This document shows positions 1 to 6,960 of a DNA stretch of 32,000 bases, one piece after another. Where the stretch lies: the NCBI GenBank assembly GCA_041494945.1, contig JBGQBP010000007.1, positions 1 through 32,000 of the forward strand, read 5' to 3'. The translations under genes were made by a program, and so were the position numbers. The DNA is from Candidatus Binatia bacterium (GTDB lineage: Bacteria > Desulfobacterota > Binatia > UBA9968). Each line of letters begins with the position of its first letter. Position 1 is the first letter of the stretch. Under the pieces are notes generated by a model. That model was given only the letters and a program-made list of their open reading frames with translations, did not search any database and was not told where the DNA came from.

Positions 1-177
1 AACGTTGACAAACCTACGGATCTTTCCGGTTTCGTCGCAGATCCGTTCTTTAATTCCCGGGTAACTTTTTTCCAGATCGTCCACCAGGGCGCGCACATTC
101 TGACCTTGAGCGGCGACTTCGTCGGCCCCGTTGGTGAATTTGCGCAGCGGCGTGGGCATGCGGACACGGACACTCAT
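1..177 (-). CDS. MoaD/ThiS-family (CysO-like) sulfur-carrier protein; N-terminal 59 codons only, 3' end runs off the window
   Basis: Not in the ORF track because no stop lies in the window. My translation of the reverse strand from ATG (complement of 175-177) is MSVRVRMPTPLRKFTNGADEVAAQGQNVRALVDDLEKSYPGIKERICDETGKIRRFVNV. This follows the V.V..P..LR...G...V...G.TV..L...L....P......D..G.L..FVN pattern of CysO/MoaD carriers. A GGGAGG Shine-Dalgarno lies 7 nt upstream. Confidence 0.75.
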   Translation of the reverse strand, partial: MSVRVRMPTPLRKFTNGADEVAAQGQNVRALVDDLEKSYPGIKERICDETGKIRRFVNV

Positions 178-506
178 AAAGCGACCTCCCTATCTATGTT
201 TAGCTGACAAAATTTGGCTACGCGTGGTTCTGATTTGTGTCAGTATTTCAAATCCCAAATCCCAAGTGGGTTATAAACCTTCCCTTTATGGCTTGCAAGG
301 CATTCTGACAGGCGGATCGGGGGACGGCCCGAATCGTGCTTACATAACTACCCAAGAAGCTCTTATAAATCGTTCCAACATCTAAGAAGGCCAGCGAGTC
401 GGCACCAAAATAACGACACATCACAAAACACAAATTTCAAAGAGCCCTATTATAGTTTGCAATTCCGTTGTTTTATCAGATCGTGGCGACCGGGGCCGAG
501 GAGGAG

Positions 507-974
507 ATGATGAAGCACTTAGATTTTTGGCACAACGTGGGTCTAACTGCCTCGCTCGTCGTCTTCGTCGGCGGGTGCGCCGCCAACATGGCAGCGCCGA
601 TAGCCGTTGAAGAACCGGCCACCAGTCCAGAACGCGCGCAGCCACTATTTGACGCGGCGCGAACTGCCGAGGCGGCGAAGCCTAGCGCATCCGCAAGCAA
701 AGGAGATCCCGGCATCGTAGTCCATATCGATCCCACGACCGGCGAATTTCTACCCGAGCCGCCCGCAGATGGCGTAACACCGCCGCGAGCGGCGGATGCG
801 GCCAAAGCGCCTGTACCCCAATTCCAAGAAGTTTCGAGTCCGATACCGGGCGGCGGCGTCATGATCGACCTACAAGGCCAATTTCAAACACCGCTGGTGG
901 CCACGATCGATGCCGACGGCAAAGTGACAGTGAAGCACGAATCGACGTTGCCCGCCGGAGCGGAGAACAAGTAG
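507..974 (+). CDS. Pro/Ala-rich lipoprotein, function unknown
   Basis: Track ORF 468-974. An internal ATG-ATG at 507/510 is directly preceded by GAGGAG. The N-terminus MMKHLDFWHNVGLTASLVVFVGGC has a hydrophobic stretch and a lipobox-like VGGC. No family recognised. Confidence 0.55.
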   Translation: MMKHLDFWHNVGLTASLVVFVGGCAANMAAPIAVEEPATSPERAQPLFDAARTAEAAKPSASASKGDPGIVVHIDPTTGEFLPEPPADGVTPPRAADAAKAPVPQFQEVSSPIPGGGVMIDLQGQFQTPLVATIDADGKVTVKHESTLPAGAENK

Positions 975-988
975 GCAAAGAGGCGCCG

Positions 989-2833
989 ATGCGGCACTTG
1001 TTATTAATTTTCTTGGCGAATGCTCTCGTTGTCTTGGTAAATCTCGTTTCCCCGCAGTTGGCGCGGTCGCAAGCGACGTTTACTATCATAAACCTCGACG
1101 GCCCAGGTGAAGGCTACAATGACCCAACCGCGGCGGCTCCTGTAGGGGGTAATTCGGGAACTACCATCGGCCAACAGCGCCTCAACGCGTTCCAGCACGC
1201 CGCGGATATCTGGGGGGGGCTGATAACCAGCCTGGTGGTCATTCGGGTCGATGCGAAATTCGATCCATTATCTTGCACGGCGACCAGCGCGGTCCTTGGA
1301 TCGGCGGGACCGAACTCGGTGCATCGGGATTTCGCTGGCGCGCCGGTGTCTACCACCTGGTACGTGCAGGCCCAGGCGAATAGTCTCGTCGGCGCAGATT
1401 TAAACGGAGCTACGAACGACATTAGCGCCACCTTCAGCAGCACGATCGGTACCCCTGGCTGTCTGGAAAACGTCGGCTGGTATTATGGACTCGATGCCAA
1501 TTCCCCATCTGGAAAAATTGACTTCGTAACGGTGGTGCTCCATGAGCTAGGGCACGGTCTGGGTTTCTTGAGTCTCGTAAGTCTTAGCACGGGGAGTAAA
1601 TTCCTCGGTTTCGATGATGCATTTATGCGCGACCTCGAAGATCATATAACCGGCAAGTTATACCCCCAGATGACAGACGCGGAGCGTCTGGCCGCAAGTC
1701 TAAACACGGGGAACCTGCACCAGATCGGTCCCAATGTAGTCGCCGGCAGCGGCGGCTTGACTAGCGGGCGTCATCCAAGCGGCCATGTACAAATGTTTGC
1801 GCCGAATCCCGCGCAATCCGGCTCCTCGGTGTCGCATTGGGATACGGCGCTGAGCCCAAATGAGCTGATGGAGCCAAGCTATACAGGCCCGGTCCATGAC
1901 GTAGGTCTCGCGCTAGAACTACTTGCGGATCTGGGCTGGAACGTTGGTCTGCCGCTACCAAGCCTATCCATCAACGATGTGATGGGCAATGAGGGAAACT
2001 CGGACACTACTTCCTTTAACTTTACGGTATCCCTGTCTCCTACCAGCAACGAGACAGTGACAGTCAATTTTACCACGGCCGATGGGACGGCCACCACGGC
2101 GGGGAGCGACTATGTGGCTGCCTTCGGCAATCTGACGTTTAATCCTGGAGAGACCACAAAGACGATCACTGTCCTGGTCAATGGGGACACTCAGATCGAG
2201 CCCAACGAGACCTTTTTTGTCAACCTCACAAATGCCACCAATGCGCCAATCTCTAAAAGCCAAGGCGTAGGCACGATTACTAATGATGATACTCCGCTGC
2301 CGCTTGTTATCGGCGTTTCCAGTTTGCCTGACGGAGAAGTAGGCCTTGCCTACAATGGCGATTTACAACTCGGCGGCGGCACTCCGCCTTACATGGTGAG
2401 TATCGCTCAGGGAGTTCTGCCTGCGTTTCTCACTGTGAATTCCAGCGGCATCCTAAGCGGAAGTCCCGCTAAAGCGAGTCCCAAGAAGATTAAAAGTTTT
2501 ACCGTGAAAGTCACCGATAGCCTGGGCGCTTCGATGAGCAAATCATTTACGATCAAAATCTTTGGCGCGCCGGGAATCAAAACCAAAAAATTGAATAAGG
2601 GCGCGGTAGGAAAGAGTTATAGCACCAGTCTCGCAGGTACCGGCGGGAAGTCTCCTTATAGTAATTGGTTCTTGGTGGCAGGAAGTCTTCCTGCAGGCCT
2701 AAGCCCCCTTAACCCTTCAACGGGAACGATTGCAGGCACCCCTACGATGCCGGGGACGTTTAGTCTAACCATTGGAGTCACCGATGCATTGGGTGGTGTG
2801 GTCCAGAAGAACTTTATGCTTGCGATCAAGTAG
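989..2833 (+). CDS. secreted zinc-metalloprotease-like protein with one Calx-beta domain and two Ig-like (He_PIG-type) repeats
   Basis: The 614-aa ORF has a signal-like N-terminus (MRHLLLIFLANALVVLVNLV) and an HExxH site (VVLHELGHGLGF). A Calx-beta-like block reads NDVMGNEGNSD..FNFTVSLS..TVNFTTADGTATAGSDY..TFNPGETTKTITVLVNGD..EPNETFFVNL..GTITNDD. Two related repeats follow, of the form LP.G.VG..Y...L...GG..PY......G.LPAGL......G.I.G.P. Confidence 0.8.
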   Translation: MRHLLLIFLANALVVLVNLVSPQLARSQATFTIINLDGPGEGYNDPTAAAPVGGNSGTTIGQQRLNAFQHAADIWGGLITSLVVIRVDAKFDPLSCTATSAVLGSAGPNSVHRDFAGAPVSTTWYVQAQANSLVGADLNGATNDISATFSSTIGTPGCLENVGWYYGLDANSPSGKIDFVTVVLHELGHGLGFLSLVSLSTGSKFLGFDDAFMRDLEDHITGKLYPQMTDAERLAASLNTGNLHQIGPNVVAGSGGLTSGRHPSGHVQMFAPNPAQSGSSVSHWDTALSPNELMEPSYTGPVHDVGLALELLADLGWNVGLPLPSLSINDVMGNEGNSDTTSFNFTVSLSPTSNETVTVNFTTADGTATTAGSDYVAAFGNLTFNPGETTKTITVLVNGDTQIEPNETFFVNLTNATNAPISKSQGVGTITNDDTPLPLVIGVSSLPDGEVGLAYNGDLQLGGGTPPYMVSIAQGVLPAFLTVNSSGILSGSPAKASPKKIKSFTVKVTDSLGASMSKSFTIKIFGAPGIKTKKLNKGAVGKSYSTSLAGTGGKSPYSNWFLVAGSLPAGLSPLNPSTGTIAGTPTMPGTFSLTIGVTDALGGVVQKNFMLAIK

Positions 2834-2850
2834 CAGCGGGCCGAAAACTT

Positions 2851-4119
2851 TTACCCTTCCCCCGCCGCGGCCTTGCCCGGAGCGGGCTGGGCGAGCTGCG
2901 AATAAAGCTCGTCGAAGTTCTGCAGGGTCGCGTTGATCTTGAACGGCTGCTCCACGCTCGCCGCGACGGCTTCGAGCGTCTTGTAGCCGTTGCCCGTGAT
3001 GCTGATAACGATCGACTCGTCGCGGGGGATTCTTCCTTGCTGGATCAGCTTCTTGGTGACGGCCACCTCGGTGCCGCCCGCGGGCTCGGTGAAGATCCCT
3101 TCGGTGCGGGCCAGGAGCTTGATGCCGTCGATGATTTCTTCGTCGGTCACGCTCTCGCCCCATCCGCCGGATTCGCGTACTGCCTGGAGCACGTAGTAAC
3201 CGTCGGCCGGATTTCCTATGGCGATCGAGCTCGCGATGGTGTTGGGCTTCACCGGACTGATGAGATCCGTGCCGCGCTTGAGCGCCTGGACTATCGGCGC
3301 GCAGCCCGTCGCCTGGGCCGAGTAGATCTTGCACGCGTCGTCTTCGATCAGACCCACTTGCTTGAGCTCGTGAAAGGCTTTAGCGATTTTCGGAAGGATG
3401 GTTCCGCCGGCGGAGGCGACCACGATGTGCTTCGGCAGCTTCCAACCGAGCTGCTCCGCGACTTCGAAGCCGTGCGTCTTCGCGCCTTCGGCGTAGTAGG
3501 GCCTTAAATTGACGTTGACGAAAGCCCATCCGTATTTATCGGCGATCTCGCTGCAGAGCCGGTTGACGTCGTCGTAGTTTCCCTGGATCGCGATCGTGCG
3601 CGGGCCGTAGATCGCCGAGCCGATGATTTTACCCTGCTCCAGCCCGTCGGGAATAAAGACGTAGCAATTAAGGCCGGCCTTGGCCGCGTGGGCGGCGACG
3701 GAATTGGCGAGATTGCCCGTGGAGGCGCAAGAGACGGTGTCGAAGCCGAACTCGATCGCCTTGGAGATCGCCACCGAAACGACGCGGTCCTTGTAAGAAA
3801 AAGTCGGATGGTTGACCGAGTCGTCTTTGATGTAGAGTTCTTTGACCCCGAGCACTTCGCCCAGCCTGTGAGCGCGCACGAGCGGCGTGAACCCGGAGTA
3901 GAGCCCGGCCTGCGGCTCGCCGTCTATGGGCAACAACTCCCGATAGCGCCAGAGATTCTTCGCCCGCGACGCGATCTTCTCCCGGCTGAGCGCCTTCTTG
4001 ATGCCGTCATAGTCGTAAACAACTTCGAGCGGGCCAAAACAGGTCTCGCAAACGTGCAGCGGCTCTTTGGGATAATCCTGGCCGCACTCTCTACATTTCA
4101 GTCCTTGGACGAAACTCAT
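2851..4119 (-). CDS. thrC: threonine-synthase-family PLP enzyme with N-terminal zinc ribbon; context suggests a homocysteine-forming (MetM-like) role rather than plain ThrC
   Basis: The 422-aa ORF starts with a CxxC..CxxC ribbon (KCRECGQDYPKEPLHVCETCFG). It carries the PLP-lysine motif NHPTFSYKDR and a Gly-rich loop (VVASAGGT). It overlaps the upstream moeB-like gene by 29 nt. Confidence 0.9.
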   Translation of the reverse strand: MSFVQGLKCRECGQDYPKEPLHVCETCFGPLEVVYDYDGIKKALSREKIASRAKNLWRYRELLPIDGEPQAGLYSGFTPLVRAHRLGEVLGVKELYIKDDSVNHPTFSYKDRVVSVAISKAIEFGFDTVSCASTGNLANSVAAHAAKAGLNCYVFIPDGLEQGKIIGSAIYGPRTIAIQGNYDDVNRLCSEIADKYGWAFVNVNLRPYYAEGAKTHGFEVAEQLGWKLPKHIVVASAGGTILPKIAKAFHELKQVGLIEDDACKIYSAQATGCAPIVQALKRGTDLISPVKPNTIASSIAIGNPADGYYVLQAVRESGGWGESVTDEEIIDGIKLLARTEGIFTEPAGGTEVAVTKKLIQQGRIPRDESIVISITGNGYKTLEAVAASVEQPFKINATLQNFDELYSQLAQPAPGKAAAGEG

Positions 4120-4894
4120 GGGTTCTCCTCTCTACATTTTCTCCGCACGCGCTGCACGCTGGGTTTCTTCGCACCTCGACGGTTCGGAATTTGACCGTCT
4201 TCGCGTCATAGACGAGCAACCGGTCAACGAGTAAATCTTCTTCCATCCCGGCGAGATATTTGATCGCTTCGGTTGCCTGGATCGAGCCGATGGTCCCGGC
4301 GATCGCGCCGAGAATCCCCGCCTGCTGGCAATTCATAATTTCTCCGGGCGCGGGCGGGTCCTGGAAAACGCAGCGATAACACGCGCTCTTGCCCGGCAGC
4401 ACCGTCATCGTCTGTCCTTGAAAGCGCACGATCCCGGCGTGAGAAAAAGCCTTGCCGAGATCCACGGCCGTATCGTTGACCAGAAACTTGGTCGCAAAGT
4501 TATCGCTGCCATCGACGATAAAATCATAAGAAGCAAAAATCTCCGGCGCATTATCCGCGTCGAGCCGCACCGGATAAGTGTGGATCTCGACGTCGGGATT
4601 GAGCCGAACGAGCTTTTCTTCGGCTGAGTCAACTTTCTCGCGGCCTATGTCCGAGGTGGAGTGGAGAATCTGGCGCTGCAAGTTCGACAGCTCGACGCGG
4701 TCGCTGTCCACGAGCCCGAGCGCGCCGACTCCCGCCGCCGCGAGATAGAACGCCGCCGGACATCCTAGGCCGCCGGCGCCGACGACGAGAACTTTTCCCC
4801 GACGCAAGCGGATCTGTCCCTTGCCGCCGAGGTCGGGGATCATGATCTGGCGGCTGTAGCGTTCGATCTGCTCCGGTGTAAGACGCGTGCTCAT
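4091..4894 (-). CDS. moeB: MoeB/ThiF/HesA-family sulfur-carrier adenylyltransferase (E1-like)
   Basis: The 267-aa ORF has the typical N-terminus LTPEQIERYSRQIMIPDLGGKGQ..L and a Rossmann motif (VLVVGAGGLGCPAAFYLAAAGVG). Two Cys pairs (CYRC, CSAC) are present. No rhodanese domain. Confidence 0.9.
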   Translation of the reverse strand: MSTRLTPEQIERYSRQIMIPDLGGKGQIRLRRGKVLVVGAGGLGCPAAFYLAAAGVGALGLVDSDRVELSNLQRQILHSTSDIGREKVDSAEEKLVRLNPDVEIHTYPVRLDADNAPEIFASYDFIVDGSDNFATKFLVNDTAVDLGKAFSHAGIVRFQGQTMTVLPGKSACYRCVFQDPPAPGEIMNCQQAGILGAIAGTIGSIQATEAIKYLAGMEEDLLVDRLLVYDAKTVKFRTVEVRRNPACSACGENVERRTHEFRPRTEM

Positions 4895-4897
4895 TGG

Positions 4898-4947
4898 AAA
4901 AAAGCCAAAAAAAACCTCTTCTCATATCATAGATAAGAAGAGGTTTT
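4898..4947 (-). terminator. intrinsic terminator forming the riboswitch expression platform
   Basis: The reverse strand reads AAAACCUCUUCU-(13 nt loop)-AGAAGAGGUUUU, a perfect 12-bp stem (4936-4947 pairing with 4911-4922). UUUUGGCUUUUUU follows. The moeB ATG lies a few nt further on. Confidence 0.8.
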
Positions 4948-4953
4948 ACCCTC

Positions 4954-5070
4954 ACCTTATCTATCCCCCGTTTTACCGGGGGCTGGACTTAGCACCAGCG
5001 TTTCGTCTTGCGACAAAACCGGTTGCTGTGGCATCTGCGGGCCAATCCCTCCGCCACTCTGGATAAGGTG
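4954..5070 (-). promoter_or_regulatory. SAM-I (S-box) riboswitch aptamer
   Basis: The reverse strand reads CACCUUAUCCAGAGUGGCGGAGGGAUUGGCCCGCAGAUGCCACAGCAACCGGUUUUGUCGCAAGACGAAACGCUGGUGCUAAGUCCAGCCCCCGGUAAAACGGGGGAUAGAUAAGGUG. It contains P1 (UUAUC/GAUAA) plus the conserved GGCGGAGGGA, GGCCC, GCAACC and GGUGCUAA blocks in S-box order. Confidence 0.9.
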
Positions 5071-5171
5071 TCCAGCGAATGTAGCTTTAAAGCTAACTTA
5101 CTGACCCAGTCGTGTCAAGAGTTCCGTGCGATGCGGACCGTAAAGGGGCGCTTGACAACAGGTCTTCGGCG

Positions 5172-5190
5172 ATGTAACCAATGGTTACAT
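5172..5190. promoter_or_regulatory. 19-bp perfect palindrome ATGTAACCA-A-TGGTTACAT, candidate operator of the LexA-like repressor
   Basis: 9-bp arms surround one central base. The right arm ends inside the ATG at 5189. TTGACA at 5152-5157 lies 17 nt upstream of a weak TAACCA. Confidence 0.5.
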
Positions 5191-5725
5191 GAGACCTCGC
5201 GAGTTAAAAAAGATCCGGAACGATCTCGGCATGACTCAACAACAATTGGCCCAGAAGCTCGGCACGACGCGGATGACCGTCACTCGATACGAATGCGGGA
5301 CCCGGCGAATTCCCGGCGTGGTCGAGGTTGCCCTGGCGCAACTGAGGCGCGCGCGGCGTATTCCGATGCTCGGGACGGTTGCGGCGGGAAAGCCCATCGA
5401 GCCCGTGCCCCAAAGCGAGTTTGTCGATTTTCCCTTTGCGCAAGGCGGAGAAAACTTTGCGCTGCGCATCACGGGAGAGTCTATGCGCGACGAGGGCATC
5501 GTATCGGGAGACATCGTGATCGTCCACAAGCAGGCCAAGGCCTCGACCGGCCAGACGGTGATCGCCGTGGTCAACGGGCAAGCCACGGTAAAAAAATATT
5601 ATCCCAAAGAAGATCATATCGAGCTGCGACCGGCCAACGACGCGATGAAGCCGATTCGAGTGACGCCGGAGGAGGATTTCGAGATTCAGGGCGTGGTGGT
5701 CGGACTCATACGCCATTTTAAGTAA
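5189..5725 (+). CDS. LexA-like autocleaving repressor (XRE-type HTH plus S24 peptidase domain)
   Basis: The HTH reads LGMTQQQLAQKLGTTRMTVTRYECGTRRIP. An Ala-Gly cleavage site (GTVAAGKPIEP), catalytic Ser (ITGESMRDEGI) and Lys (ATVKKYY) are all present. Confidence 0.85.
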   Translation: MRPRELKKIRNDLGMTQQQLAQKLGTTRMTVTRYECGTRRIPGVVEVALAQLRRARRIPMLGTVAAGKPIEPVPQSEFVDFPFAQGGENFALRITGESMRDEGIVSGDIVIVHKQAKASTGQTVIAVVNGQATVKKYYPKEDHIELRPANDAMKPIRVTPEEDFEIQGVVVGLIRHFK

Positions 5726-5778
5726 ACGAGGCATCGTAAAATTAGGACTGAAATTTTTATTTTTTTCCCCAGCCCAAA

Positions 5779-6960
5779 ATGGACCGGCAGATCGTTTGTT
5801 TTCAAATCCCGGCGCTGCGCATCGCGCTGGCCCGGTTAAACGAGCCTTCGCTCCGCGGCCGGCCGGTAGCCGCCGCGCCCCGATCGCGCAGAGCCGTGCT
5901 GCTCGAAGTGTCTACCGAGGCTTCGACGGAAGGTCTTCGCGCCGGGATGACGTTGGATCAAGCCCGTTTTTTTTGTCCGTCTCTCAGGATTATTTCTCCC
6001 GATCGGCAAACGGTCGAGCTGGCGCACCGGTCGCTCCAAGAGTCGGTCCGGCAGTTCACCCCGATATGGGAGCCGATCGGCCCCGGCCGTTTCTATCTCG
6101 ATCTGACCGGGACCGCGCGCCTTTTCGGCCGCGCGATCGACACGGCTGCGCGCGTGCAGCGCGAGATCGCGACGCGCTGCGGCTTGAGCGGAGTGTCGGC
6201 GGTCGCCACCAGCAAGCTTGTCTCCGGCATCGCCGCCGATCGCATCATCCGGCCTCCCGATCTTCGCGACGTCCATCCCGGCGCGGAGAAACAATTTCTT
6301 GCGCCGCTGCCCGTCGCTTCTCTTCCATCCCTGAATCGCCTCTCGGCCGGCAGGACGCCGGAATTCCTCGATCTGCTCGCCGACCTGAGTCTCGACACGC
6401 TCGGCAAGATAGCCCGCACTCCGCTGGATCATCTCGAGTTGGTTCTGGGCCCTCCATCCAGGTTGATGCAGCAATGGGCGGTCGGATTCGACCCCACTCC
6501 CGTGTGGCCCCAGGCGCGCCGGCCGTCGCTGGAATTTTCTCATACCTTAAACCCTGACGAAGTAGATGATGATGCGCTCCTCGCGTTGCTGTACGGCCTG
6601 CTCGAGCGGCTCTGCCGTCAGTTGCGTCGGAGCGGGCGGCTTTGCCGCAGCGTCCAGCTCGAGCTCGTTCAGAGCGACGGGCGGGAAACCGCCCGGCGGG
6701 CGGCGCTGGCGCGCGCGAGCCACTGGGAGTGCGAGATCTATCCGCATCTCGAAAAAATCTTCTTTCGCGCGTTCCAGCGGCGCGTCCGCATACGAAAGAT
6801 GGCGCTCAGGGCCGAGGCGCTGGAAGCGGCGGAAAGACAGTTGGCTCTTTTCCCGCAACCGATCTCGGAAGAGAACTCCAGAATGCAAAGGCTCGCGTCG
6901 GCGCTCGATTGCGTCCGTTCGCGTTACGGAGAGAAAGCCATCGACTGGGGCGCCGCATGA
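5779..6960 (+). CDS. imuB: ImuB-type Y-family-polymerase-like protein (catalytically inactive type)
   Basis: The 393-aa ORF begins MDRQIVCFQIPALRIALARL..RGRPVAA. It lacks the acidic DxD of active Y-family polymerases. Its stop overlaps the dnaE2 start (ATGA at 6957-6960). Confidence 0.8.
   Translation: MDRQIVCFQIPALRIALARLNEPSLRGRPVAAAPRSRRAVLLEVSTEASTEGLRAGMTLDQARFFCPSLRIISPDRQTVELAHRSLQESVRQFTPIWEPIGPGRFYLDLTGTARLFGRAIDTAARVQREIATRCGLSGVSAVATSKLVSGIAADRIIRPPDLRDVHPGAEKQFLAPLPVASLPSLNRLSAGRTPEFLDLLADLSLDTLGKIARTPLDHLELVLGPPSRLMQQWAVGFDPTPVWPQARRPSLEFSHTLNPDEVDDDALLALLYGLLERLCRQLRRSGRLCRSVQLELVQSDGRETARRAALARASHWECEIYPHLEKIFFRAFQRRVRIRKMALRAEALEAAERQLALFPQPISEENSRMQRLASALDCVRSRYGEKAIDWGAA

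Noticed and set aside
178-467. Searched the divergent intergenic region upstream of the moaD-like gene for a second S-box or other riboswitch
   Set aside because: Only a short hairpin (GATCGGG..CCCGAATC) and an AAATCCCAAATCCCA direct repeat are visible. None of the SAM-I core blocks are present on either strand.
5008-5734. 237-aa plus ORF and 176-aa minus ORF overlapping the LexA-like gene and the riboswitch
   Set aside because: Both are alternative frames of a region already explained by a structured RNA (4954-5070) and by a frame with HTH and S24 motifs. Their products are Arg-rich nonsense.
6642-6956. Upstream 105-codon extension of the dnaE2 ORF given by the track
   Set aside because: It overlaps the imuB coding frame and is Arg/Gly/Ala low-complexity. 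The conserved PHP-domain N-terminus (MNSFVHLHVHSQYS) starts at the ATGA-coupled ATG at 6957.
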